Under the pieces are notes generated by a model that worked only from the letters and a program-made list of their open reading frames with translations, ran no database searches and had not been told where the DNA came from. A DNA stretch of 64,000 nucleotides from Acidimicrobiales bacterium (GTDB taxonomy: Bacteria > Actinomycetota > Acidimicrobiia > Acidimicrobiales > UBA8190). This document shows, one piece after another, positions 39,819 to 48,829 of this stretch (the stretch's first letter is position 1; each line of letters opens with the position of its first letter). The stretch is taken from assembly GCA_035509915.1 (NCBI GenBank), contig DATKIB010000172.1:609-64608 (forward strand). The letters run 5' to 3'. The translations under genes were made by a program, and so were the position numbers.

Positions 39819-40685
39819 TTACTCGGATTCTCTTTGCCCTGCAACACCTGTTGGCTCGGTGATGAAGCGGCGAGGATGCCGGCCATCCACGTAGCCGACG
39901 AAAGGCGGAAAGATGTTGTAGCCAAGCAACTCCTGCAGTCTCTCGGGAAGTGAGGCGACCGTTTCACGAGGAACGGCCAAGATGTGGTTCTCTTGGGGTC
40001 GCAGCCACGCGGCGACATATTCGAGGATGACCCCGAGCCGCGCTGTGTCGGTGGTATTGGCGCCACCCCCATGCCAGAGCTTTCCTACGTAGAACGCCAT
40101 CGAACCCGCCGGCATGACGGCGCAGACAGCGTCCTCCGACTCGCTAGGCCTGTCGTCCCATCGGTGACTACCCAGGATAAAGCGCGTCGCTCCATTGGTT
40201 TCGGTGAAGTCGTCGAGCGCCCAAATCGTGTTCATGACCACATCGGGGAAAGAGGTTGGCAGGGGATAGACCGCTTGGTCCCTGTGCAGGACCTGGGCCT
40301 TCTCCCCGGGACCGATCTCGATGCCGACGGGGGCACTCAGCTGGTAGTGGCCGAGCACCCGGTCGAGGACCCCGAGCACCAGCGGATTGACCGCCGCATG
40401 GTCGAAGGCCCGAGTCTTGGCGAAAAGGGCATAGATCCGCCGCGTGGTGAAGCCCTCGAAGTCGTTGCGCCCACGTGGTGTCCCATCGAGGATGCCCGCC
40501 AGCGATCGCCGGGCGGCGAGTACCTCGTCATGCCCGAGCATTCCCTCCACGATGCACGCTCCGTCGGCGCCCATCGCCTCGAGGATCAGCTCAACGGACA
40601 CCTCGTCGCCGGAGAATCGCTTCACTCGTGACGGTTCGATACCGCCACGTTGGGGTTGCACACGTCTTGTTCGACCAGCCGTCAT
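39819..40685 (-). CDS. Phytanoyl-CoA dioxygenase (PhyH)-family Fe(II)/2-oxoglutarate oxygenase
   Basis: QVLHRDQAVYP, WALDDFTETNGATRFILGSHRW, LWHGGGANTT. Start set at ATG 40685; the listed ORF runs to 40799, overlapping the upstream gene. Confidence 0.8.
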   Translation of the reverse strand: MTAGRTRRVQPQRGGIEPSRVKRFSGDEVSVELILEAMGADGACIVEGMLGHDEVLAARRSLAGILDGTPRGRNDFEGFTTRRIYALFAKTRAFDHAAVNPLVLGVLDRVLGHYQLSAPVGIEIGPGEKAQVLHRDQAVYPLPTSFPDVVMNTIWALDDFTETNGATRFILGSHRWDDRPSESEDAVCAVMPAGSMAFYVGKLWHGGGANTTDTARLGVILEYVAAWLRPQENHILAVPRETVASLPERLQELLGYNIFPPFVGYVDGRHPRRFITEPTGVAGQRESE

Positions 40686-40695
40686 CGCTCTCCAA

Positions 40696-41016
40696 CTAGA
40701 GCTTACGAATCTTGACAGCTGTCCCGTAGGCGCAGATCTCGGTCCAGTTGCCACCCATCTCCGAGGTGTCGAAACGCATCGCCAGGACGGCGTTAGCACC
40801 CTTCGCCTCGGCTTCTTCGACCATGCGATGTGTGACCTCCTGGCGGCTGCTGACCAGGTTCTTCGTCATCCCTTTCAGTTCACCTCCGACGAGCGATTTG
40901 AACCCAGCCCCCATTTGCGAGCCGATGTTGCGGCTCCTCACGGTCAAGCCGAAAACCTCGCCCAACACTTCGGTCACCTCGTAGCCCGGGATGTCGTTCA
41001 TTGTGGAAATGAGCAC
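40696..41016 (-). CDS. YbjQ-family (UPF0145) protein
   Basis: 106 aa; TMNDIPGYEVTEVLGEVFGLTVRSRNIGS...GANAVLAMRFDTSEMGGNWTEICAYGTAVK is the classic YbjQ pattern. Confidence 0.85.
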   Translation of the reverse strand: MLISTMNDIPGYEVTEVLGEVFGLTVRSRNIGSQMGAGFKSLVGGELKGMTKNLVSSRQEVTHRMVEEAEAKGANAVLAMRFDTSEMGGNWTEICAYGTAVKIRKL

Positions 41017-41107
41017 CGTTCCCTCCCTTCGTGTCCATTGCCTAGCAGGCCGTCGGAGCAGTTGCAGGGTGACGCGCCGTCCTTAGGAGGGCGTACTCCG
41101 ACTGACC

Positions 41108-41917
41108 TCATTGAGACGCGTGGCGCCGTAGAAACGCCCCGACTAACTCGGTCCATTCCTCCGGCCGTTCGAAATACGGGGAGTGACCAGCATCTGCAAT
41201 GACTTGGAGATCGGCGCCCGGTATCTGATCGGCGACGAGCCGCATCGCCGACGGAGGGCACAGCGCATCGGCATCTCCCACTACGAGGAGGATCGGGAGA
41301 TCGAGGACGGCCACTTCGTCAAGAGGCACCTGCATGGCGCCGAGCATGCTGAAAACTTCGGCATCGTCGGGTTTGTCGCCCATGCTGGATATCTCCTGGT
41401 AGAGGAAAGCCAGGTCAGGACAGCGCCGACAGAAGCTCTCGCCGAGTGCAAGATGCTCACCCAGAGTGTCGCCTCGAAACCGGCTCAATGCCGTGCCTAT
41501 TGCCTTTCTCACCTCGGAATTGATCTCGGCGGTGAAAACCCCGGCAAGCGTGTCCGTGAGCACGAGTGACCGCACCCGCTCTCGATGTCGAAGAGCGAAC
41601 CCCATAGCCACCCATCCCCCCATCGATTGACCGAGAAGTTGGACGCGTTCTAGACGGAGATGATCGAGCAGGCCCAGCAAGTCGTTGATGGCCGGCTCCG
41701 GTCCGTAGTCGGCCGTTCTCCGGGTCGAGTTGCCAAAACCGCGCTGGTCCCACGTGATGACTCGGTGATGGGCGGAAAGGGCGGGAACCACCTGCCACCA
41801 GCACGCGTGGTTGCCCCCGAGGCCGTGGGACAGGACCACGGGGTCGCCATCGCCGATGGACTCGTAGTAGATCCGTTCGCCACCAGTGTCAAACGAGCCT
41901 GTTGTCCGAGTTGTCAT
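41108..41917 (-). CDS. Alpha/beta-fold hydrolase (3-oxoadipate enol-lactonase-like)
   Basis: PVVLSHGLGGNHACW, nucleophile elbow LLGQSMGGWVA, C-terminal AGHSPYFERPEEW. Confidence 0.85.
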   Translation of the reverse strand: MTTRTTGSFDTGGERIYYESIGDGDPVVLSHGLGGNHACWWQVVPALSAHHRVITWDQRGFGNSTRRTADYGPEPAINDLLGLLDHLRLERVQLLGQSMGGWVAMGFALRHRERVRSLVLTDTLAGVFTAEINSEVRKAIGTALSRFRGDTLGEHLALGESFCRRCPDLAFLYQEISSMGDKPDDAEVFSMLGAMQVPLDEVAVLDLPILLVVGDADALCPPSAMRLVADQIPGADLQVIADAGHSPYFERPEEWTELVGAFLRRHASQ

Positions 41918-42031
41918 TCCGACAGCCTTGCACGGAGAACTTTGGGATGAGCGCAGAGCGAAGGACGCTGTGCCGGCAGTTCGCGGGACCGACCGGCTAT
42001 GGATCGCTACGCGCCTGCCGTGGATTCCGGG

Positions 42032-42859
42032 CTACTGACGGGGCTCTCGCGGTTCATTGGGACGCCGGTACTGGCGCCAGGCGGGGTCGACGAGTTGGTC
42101 AAGGTTCCACGCCCCGATCGCGCCTGTGGCGACGTCGAAGGTCAAGGTGACGTCGATGTGGACACGCTCGGGGGTGTCCGCGTAGAAGTGCACGCGGTCT
42201 TTGAGGCGAGCGTTTGGGGGGATCTCCAGGTGGCCGAAGCGATCGTCGCGTCCGACGACGCCGTCTGAGATCCGGGACAGGTCGAGGTAGTGGATCTTCC
42301 ACGACGAGGTGTCGCCCCAAGCACATCCGGCCACGAACCCGTACTTCCCACTGGGCGAGCTGTCGGTGGCGTCGGACCACAGGGGGTTGCCCGGTAGCAC
42401 CGAGCCGTCATGTACGTCCCACCAGTCGGGCACAAAGTACTCCACTGGCGCGTACCGGCATCCCCAGCGCCCGAGGGCGCTGTCCATCGTGCCCTCGGAC
42501 TCGTCGGCCACAACCGCACCGCTTTCGAGGTCGAGCACTGCGATGCCGGAGTCAACCGTCGAGATGAGTGAGTAGTCGTGCCAGCCGTCGTCGCCAAGCT
42601 GGCGGAACGGCTCGAAGACGAGGCGCACCGCGGCGTTGCGGAGATAAGTGGCCACTTTGGTGCGGTCCCCGTCCTCGGCGCGCCATATTGTGGCGCGACC
42701 CTCGCGCGGCGTCTCCGAAGCCGCCCGGCGCCGACGGCCGGATGCCCCGCATCGCGGGCGGGAGTTAGCCCTCACGCCGGTGCCGACGACGTAGCGGTCC
42801 CGGATCGACGACGGCTCCGGCACCTGCCATCGCGTCCACGCCCTGGTCAAGGTTGTCAT
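42032..42859 (-). CDS. Hypothetical protein (275 aa)
   Basis: ORF 42032..42874. The protein-like central and C-terminal region is rich in W/D/G (YFVPDWWDVHDGSVLPGNPLWSD...WKIHYLDLSRISDG). I recognise no family. Start uncertain. Confidence 0.4.
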   Translation of the reverse strand: MTTLTRAWTRWQVPEPSSIRDRYVVGTGVRANSRPRCGASGRRRRAASETPREGRATIWRAEDGDRTKVATYLRNAAVRLVFEPFRQLGDDGWHDYSLISTVDSGIAVLDLESGAVVADESEGTMDSALGRWGCRYAPVEYFVPDWWDVHDGSVLPGNPLWSDATDSSPSGKYGFVAGCAWGDTSSWKIHYLDLSRISDGVVGRDDRFGHLEIPPNARLKDRVHFYADTPERVHIDVTLTFDVATGAIGAWNLDQLVDPAWRQYRRPNEPREPRQ

Positions 42860-43082
42860 TCCACAAGCCTGCACCTGTCGAGGGCCGACGTCCAGAGGTT
42901 TGTGGCAAAAGACTGCCTCACCTGTCCACCTACCTCCAGACGGATTGATACCGGCTCGGTTGCTTCGATGAAGCGGTCATTCATTGACGGTGGGACCAAT
43001 GGCCCTAGCCATGGAACTCTCACAGGCTTAGCGTTGCAGTGAGCTGTTGCGCTTGCTACGTAGCTACGTGCTCGCTTCAGCC

Positions 43083-43104
43083 GCAGGTGTTCGCGGACAC
43101 CTGC
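43083..43104 (-). terminator. Hairpin GCAGGTGT-TCGCGG-ACACCTGC, 29 nt downstream of the minus-strand cyclase stop
   Basis: Perfect 8-bp stem with a 6-nt loop. No U-tract follows, so this is only a possible terminator. Confidence 0.3.
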
Positions 43105-43132
43105 CGCCCCATATCAGATGATCGGCGCGACC

Positions 43133-44251
43133 TCAGCGGTGTACGGCCAGGACGTGGCGGGGGCGGCTGATGCCGCGGAGCTGGCGCAGGCCGCAGTCCT
43201 CGAACGAGAAGTCCTCGCCAGCTAGATCGGCCACCGACTCCGTGACCAGGATCTGACCGGGCTCGGCAACGGCGGTCAGGCGAGCGGCCAGGTTGACCAT
43301 GTTGCCAATGAGGTCGTCGCCGTCCTCAATGACCTGTCCCGCGTGGATGCCGACGCGTAGCTGCGGGCTCGAGGGCGATGACGCCTGCTCCGCATCGACT
43401 CGCTTCTGCATGGCCAACGCCGCGGTGACAGCACCGGCGGGCAGATCGAATCGGGCAAAGAGGCCGTCACCCTGGGAGCTCACCTCGGTGCCTTGGTGGC
43501 TGGCCACGCAGTCGCGCATGATGTGCAGGTAGCGCGTGCGTAACGCATTCCAGGCCGTGTCGCCGAGGCGCTCGTTGAGCCACGTGGAGTCGACCATGTC
43601 GGCGAAGAGCACGGCGACATGAGCGGTGGAGGGCTCGGACCGCGCCGCGCCGGGCGATGGGCCTCGGTCCGATCCGGGTCCGGGGTTGACCCGAGGCCTG
43701 ACCGACGGTGACGCCGACACCGATCCGGCGGCAACGAGACGGTGGGGCGGGAAGGGTACTTCGGGGACGCCGACGAGCAGTTGGAGGTGATGGCGCTTTC
43801 GTTGGGGGAGGCTGCCGGCGACCAAGGCGTGCATTCCCAGGCCGATTCCCCATCCTGCGATAGGGAAGAATGGCCAGAAGAACCCGTGGCCGGTGAGCGC
43901 CCATATGCCGATGAGCATCGCGTTCACAAGCACATATGGGGTGGCGTGGTACTGGAAGCCGGCCCGGCACCAGAATGGGCGCCGACGCTGGGGTGGGGCC
44001 TCTGACGCGCTGTCACGGCCGTCCGTCGACGGTGTCCGTAGATCAGCCGTCAGCGCCTCGAGCTCGTCGACATAGGTGGCCCGAAGGGCTGCCCCGAGAC
44101 GCTCGTCGAGTTCATCGGGGTCGAGCTCGCCCCGGCTGGAAGCCTCGGTCATGCGGGCCACGGCGGCGTCGCGCTCAGCATCACCTGCGCGGGGGCCCGG
44201 TGTCGCCGACCGGTCCCCATCCTCCGTCCACCCACGGCAGGACTGGCTCAC
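43133..44251 (-). CDS. Membrane-associated class III nucleotide cyclase with an N-terminal DUF1707 domain and a 2-TM segment
   Basis: DUF1707-like GDAERDAAVARMTEASSRGELDPDELDERLGAALRATYVDELEALTADL. TM pair YVLVNAMLIGIWALTGHGFFWPFFPIAGWGIGLGMHALV. Cyclase VLFADMVDSTW, SSQGDGLFARF, VGIHAGQV, GNMVNLAARL. Confidence 0.8.
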   Translation of the reverse strand: MSQSCRGWTEDGDRSATPGPRAGDAERDAAVARMTEASSRGELDPDELDERLGAALRATYVDELEALTADLRTPSTDGRDSASEAPPQRRRPFWCRAGFQYHATPYVLVNAMLIGIWALTGHGFFWPFFPIAGWGIGLGMHALVAGSLPQRKRHHLQLLVGVPEVPFPPHRLVAAGSVSASPSVRPRVNPGPGSDRGPSPGAARSEPSTAHVAVLFADMVDSTWLNERLGDTAWNALRTRYLHIMRDCVASHQGTEVSSQGDGLFARFDLPAGAVTAALAMQKRVDAEQASSPSSPQLRVGIHAGQVIEDGDDLIGNMVNLAARLTAVAEPGQILVTESVADLAGEDFSFEDCGLRQLRGISRPRHVLAVHR

Positions 44252-44349
44252 CGGCCAAAGTATTGCCGATTACGCCCCGGGTTGTCCTGGACGCTCCCGT
44301 CCCGATCCGACCTGTTCGGGGCCTGGCCAACGGGCCAGACTGTCCGGCG

Positions 44350-45691
44350 GTGATCGAGCCTCCCGCGACCAGGTATGCCGAGACTGCTGACGGCGTCCAT
44401 GTCGCCTACCAGGTAGTGGGCGACGGCCCGATCGACATCCTGATCGTCCCCGACTGGGTCACCGTCATCGAGGCGTCGTGGAACTGGGAGGGATATCCGC
44501 GCCTATGGGAGCGCCTCGGCACGCTCGGCCGGCTCATCTTGACCGATGCACGGGGAAGTGGCTCATCGGACCCCGATCCCCTCGGGTATCCGGCCACCTT
44601 CGAGCACGCCGTCGATGACGTCGCGAAAGTGTTGGACGCAATCGGTTCGGATCGGGCCTTCTTGATTGGGCACACAAATGCCGCGATGTTGGCCTGCCTT
44701 TTCGCCGCCACCCATCCCGAGCGGACGGCGGGCCTGGTCTTGGCCGGGGGTATGGCTTCGTATATCGATCGGGGCGAGGGTATCGGCTTCCCGGCCTCGT
44801 TCCGCAATGAGCTTGCGGATTACATTGTCCGCAGTTGGGGCGATCCCGACAGTGAGCGATTCCGCCTCATGCTTCCTGGTGAAGATCGCGACGAAGAGCG
44901 TCGGCGGGAGGCCCGCCTTGAACGCGTGGCCATGAGCCCGGCAGCAGTCAGACAACATTGCGAGATGATGCTCGACATCGACATCCGCCCCGTGCTGCCC
45001 TCGATACAGGCGCCGACTCTGGTGTTGCACCGAACAGGAGACCGCCTAGTGCCTGTCGCGGCCGGTCGCTATCTCGCCGATCACATCGACGGAGCGCGCT
45101 TCGTCGAACTTGCAGGTGACGATCACTTCTGGTTCTTGGGTGACGTGGATCCCATGTTGGAGGAGATGGCCGAGTTCATCACCGGCACCCGTCCGGCAGG
45201 GGAGCCCGACCGCGTGCTCGTGACGCTGATGTTCAACCGACATCGTCGGATCGACCGAGCAAGCGGGCCAACTCGGTGACCACCGCTGGCGGGAGCTCCT
45301 CGATCGCCACGACGCGACCGTTCGGCGCCAACTCGAGCGCTTTCAAGGAAAGGAGATCAAAGCGGTGGGCGACGGGTTCCTGGCGACCTTCGACGGTCCG
45401 GCCCGGGCGATCCGCTGTTCGTGCGCGATTCGCGATGCGGTTCGCAGACTAGGCCTCGATGTTCGAGTCGGGCTGCACACAGGCGAGGTGGAACGCCGTG
45501 GCGAGGACATAGGTGGGATCGCCGTCCACGTTGCACAGCGCGTGTGTGGTCTGGCCGGTCCGGGACAGGTGCTGGTGTCCCGTACCGTCGTCGATCTCGT
45601 CGCAGGCTCGGCGATACGGTTCTCCGAAGGACAAGACCATGAGCTCAAGGGAGTAGCGGGGAGCTGGCGCCTCTTCGCCGTGGAGGGCTGA
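44350..45691 (+). pseudogene. Second alpha/beta-hydrolase-fold + class III cyclase gene (paralog of 37343..38701), disrupted by a 1-nt frameshift
   Basis: ORF frame 1 ends ...DRVLVTLMFNRHRRIDRASGPTR* at 45279. Shifting one nt at TTCAACC (about 45232-45238) gives TDIVGSTEQAGQLGDHRWRELLDRHDATVRRQLERFQGKEIKAVGDGFLATFDG, which runs into listed ORF 45365..45691 (the rest of the cyclase domain). GTG start at 44350. Confidence 0.78.
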
Positions 45692-45706
45692 CTCGGGTCG
45701 TGCCGT

Positions 45707-46798
45707 CTACTCGAGCGACGCCGGATCCACGCCCGCACCGCCAGCCGCGCTGCTCGAGTAGACGGCCAGGCCGAACCGCAGCACGTCGACCGCCTCAGTA
45801 GCGCTCCACATCATGGGACCTTCGCCGGTGTGGAGCCAGCGAAGCCAGTGACGCCCGGATTCGCGGAAGCTGCTGGCCCAGTCGTCGTCAAGCGCGTGCC
45901 AAGAGCGCATCTCGCCTTCGGCGTAGACCTCGAGGCTCGGCTGTTGGATGCCGCGGGCGGTGCAGCGGTTCACCCGCGCGTAACCGCGTCGTCCTGTCAC
46001 CTCCCAACGTTCGTCGTTGGTGTAGTAGTCCGAGCGCAGGTACATGTCGATCGCCAGGGTGATGTCCCACACCCCACGCACGCCGTTGTCGTGCTCCCAG
46101 ACGATTGTGGTCGGAGCGTCGATCGCGACGCCGGGGACGACCTCGGTGCCCCCCACCCAGGCGCGCACCTCGCGGACTGGGCCGAAGAGCCAGATGGCCG
46201 TCGCCAGCTTGTGCCAGCCGTCGTCGAAGACCAGGATGCCACGGCCCAACTGCATCTGCTGGAACTGCCACTCGTAGCTGCTGGCTGGGACGTCCCAGCC
46301 CCCGCGGCCGCTGGCCACCATCTTCATGTGGTACCCGCTCACCTCGCCGAGCGACCCAGAGGCTACGACGTCCTTCAGCTTCACCAAGGGCTCGTAGAAG
46401 ACGTAGTTCTCCATGACCCGCAGCAGCCGGTCGTTGTCACTGGCGGCGTCGAGCATCCTCCTGGCATCGGCCAGGTCGTTGCACATCGGCTTCTGCAGGT
46501 TGACGTGCCAGCCGTAGCCGAGAAGCTCGACGACACCCTCGGCGTGCAGGGGGACAGGGAGCAGGGCTTCGACGGCGTCTATCTCGACGCCGCTTCGAGC
46601 CAGCTCGCTCGCCGAGGCGAACGTACGGGCTTCGGGCCAGTCGACGTGGCGCTGGGTGCGGCGCTCCTCGCTCGGGTCCACGAGCGCCACTACCTCGACG
46701 TCGGGATTGCCGACATAGGCCCGCACGTTCAGGTCGTAGATCCTGCCGAGGCCCACGAAGGCCACCCGGACAGGCCGGTCGTATGGCGTGAAGCTCAC
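45707..46798 (-). CDS. Gfo/Idh/MocA-family oxidoreductase
   Basis: N-terminal Rossmann VRVAFVGLGRIYDLNVRAY, and EKP-like LQKPM. GTG 46798 overlaps the stop of the upstream DUF998 gene (GTGA). Confidence 0.8.
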   Translation of the reverse strand: MSFTPYDRPVRVAFVGLGRIYDLNVRAYVGNPDVEVVALVDPSEERRTQRHVDWPEARTFASASELARSGVEIDAVEALLPVPLHAEGVVELLGYGWHVNLQKPMCNDLADARRMLDAASDNDRLLRVMENYVFYEPLVKLKDVVASGSLGEVSGYHMKMVASGRGGWDVPASSYEWQFQQMQLGRGILVFDDGWHKLATAIWLFGPVREVRAWVGGTEVVPGVAIDAPTTIVWEHDNGVRGVWDITLAIDMYLRSDYYTNDERWEVTGRRGYARVNRCTARGIQQPSLEVYAEGEMRSWHALDDDWASSFRESGRHWLRWLHTGEGPMMWSATEAVDVLRFGLAVYSSSAAGGAGVDPASLE

Positions 46799-47388
46799 GG
46801 CGATACTGCCCGAGCACAGGCTCGCCGCGTGGTGACGATCACCGCCAGAGGCCAGAGGGCCTGTGCTCCAGCTGCGGCGCGCTCGGCGAGTCCACGTTGA
46901 CCGCCGTGGACCTCGGCCGCGAACCACCCCACCAGTCCGAGCAGGACGACTGACGCCGCGACGGAAGCGGAGGGCGTCAACAGCGGTGCCCAGATTCGCG
47001 GGCGAGCGGCGAACACAGGCCAGATCCCGAGGGTTGTGAAAGCGGCAGTGGCCGCGACAGTGTGGGCTACGGAGTTCCCATGGGCGGGTTGGGGGAACGC
47101 CGCTACCAACAAAGTCCCGACCCCTCCACCGGCGAACACAATCCGGCCGGTCCTCCGCGCTGGTCGCAATCCCAACGCGGTGATGACGTGGCAGGCACCC
47201 AAGCCAGCCAGTGCTGAAGTCATCACCCAGCGATCCCTGGCTCCGTAGGCGGCAAGAGCGCTGATCGTGTCCCGCACCGGGTTGTACCCCGGTGGTTGCC
47301 GTGCCTCGCCAAGTGTCAAGCCGCCTGCGAGCAGCACGGGGGCAGCCCCGGCAGACACCACGGCCCACCACGGGATGCGGTCCACCAT
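46795..47388 (-). CDS. DUF998-family integral membrane protein
   Basis: PGYNPVRDTISALAAYGARDRWVMTSALAGLGACHV plus about 6 TM helices; typical DUF998 pattern. Confidence 0.7.
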   Translation of the reverse strand: MVDRIPWWAVVSAGAAPVLLAGGLTLGEARQPPGYNPVRDTISALAAYGARDRWVMTSALAGLGACHVITALGLRPARRTGRIVFAGGGVGTLLVAAFPQPAHGNSVAHTVAATAAFTTLGIWPVFAARPRIWAPLLTPSASVAASVVLLGLVGWFAAEVHGGQRGLAERAAAGAQALWPLAVIVTTRRACARAVSP

Positions 47389-47485
47389 TGGATCTTAAGG
47401 TGCCTGTGACGAGCGCTTCTCGATCACTGCGGGGCGGGGTCCGTGGGGTACCCCCGGGAGCCTTCGCAGGCGTGTACAGAAGTGC

Positions 47486-48787
47486 TCACTTCGTGCCCAG
47501 GGTGTCGGACACCGAATACAGCTCGGCCCGGAAATCCGGGTGTGCGATGTCCGCCAGCGCCCGCGCGCGCTCGCGGACGGTGAGCCCAGTCAACTCGGCC
47601 ACCCCATACTCGGTGACGACCACACCTGTGTGATGACGTGGCGTGGATACGACCGACCCCTGCGGCAACAGGGGCACGATGCGTGAGCGCACGACGCCTC
47701 CAATGGTCACTGTGGAGTGCAAGCAGATCAATGAGTGTGAGTCGACATGGAGGTCGGCACCAGCCACGAAGTCCTCATGACCACCGACGCCAGAGATCTG
47801 CTTGCCGTCGATGTTGTCCGCCACCACCTGGCCGTAGAGGTCGACGCAGATCGCGCCGTTTATCGACACCAGTTTGTGGTTCGCTCCGATGACACTTGGG
47901 TCGTTGACGATCTCGACCGGCAAAAAGGCAACGTCGGCGTTGTCATCGAGCCAGCGGTAGAGGTCAGCGGTTCCGAGGGCAAAGGTTGTCACCGACACTC
48001 CGTCGAACACGCCCTTGGCGTTGTTGGTCACCTTGCCCGCCTGGTGGAGGCGCATGAGACCGGTGGTGAACATCTCGGAGTGCACGCCGTAGCCGCCCCC
48101 CGCGCCGCTGGCCAAGGAGGTTGCAAGCATGTTCGGTATTGCACCGATGCCGGTTTGCAGCGTGCTCTCGTCGGTGACGAACCTGAGCGCGTGCGAAGCG
48201 ATCGCGGAGTCCACATCCATTGGCGCTGGGTCCTCGAGGGTGTAAGGCTCGCCGTCCGCTTCGACGAGCACGTCGATCAACTCAATGGGAATGGTGTTGT
48301 CGAAACGAGGCGGGAGGCTGCGTGTCCGGGGAAGGTGAGGGTTCACCTCGACCAGGAGGACTCGGTCGGGATCATTGCCGGCCCGGATCAGCTCGTCTCG
48401 GGTCGCGCCCAGGTGCAAAGACAGGTTGACTCGGCCCTCAGAGTCGGGGGGCGCGGCCTGGGCTGTCATGATCCGTGGTGCGAATCGGGCGAGGACTGGC
48501 GCGAACTGTCGGAAACCGCTCGGCACGTGCTCGATGTGATGCCCCTCGGCCAACAAGATGCGTTCGGCCGGCCCGAAGAACCCCGAGCGGTACGACACAC
48601 CAGGTTTGGTGAGGACCGTGTAGTACCCGAGCAACAAAGCGCCGCCGAGCACCAGGTCCTCCCAGTCGTCGCGCTCGCCGAGGGCAGTCAAGAACGCGTC
48701 GGGGTTGCCCGGCCCTAGCCCGAAGGCGATCGTGTCGCGTACCCGGACGAGCGCGGCCGCCTCCCTGGGTGTGCACGTCATCGCCAT
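47486..48787 (-). CDS. Acetyl-CoA hydrolase/transferase-family protein (4-hydroxybutyrate CoA-transferase-like)
   Basis: LQTGIGAIPNMLA, VHSEMFTTGL, SINGAICVDLYGQV, GVGGHEDF, and the C-terminal HPDFR motif region. Confidence 0.85.
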   Translation of the reverse strand: MAMTCTPREAAALVRVRDTIAFGLGPGNPDAFLTALGERDDWEDLVLGGALLLGYYTVLTKPGVSYRSGFFGPAERILLAEGHHIEHVPSGFRQFAPVLARFAPRIMTAQAAPPDSEGRVNLSLHLGATRDELIRAGNDPDRVLLVEVNPHLPRTRSLPPRFDNTIPIELIDVLVEADGEPYTLEDPAPMDVDSAIASHALRFVTDESTLQTGIGAIPNMLATSLASGAGGGYGVHSEMFTTGLMRLHQAGKVTNNAKGVFDGVSVTTFALGTADLYRWLDDNADVAFLPVEIVNDPSVIGANHKLVSINGAICVDLYGQVVADNIDGKQISGVGGHEDFVAGADLHVDSHSLICLHSTVTIGGVVRSRIVPLLPQGSVVSTPRHHTGVVVTEYGVAELTGLTVRERARALADIAHPDFRAELYSVSDTLGTK

Positions 48788-48829
48788 CGTGCGGGACTCG
48801 CCTGATTTAGTCCCTGTCCCTGGGCAGCA

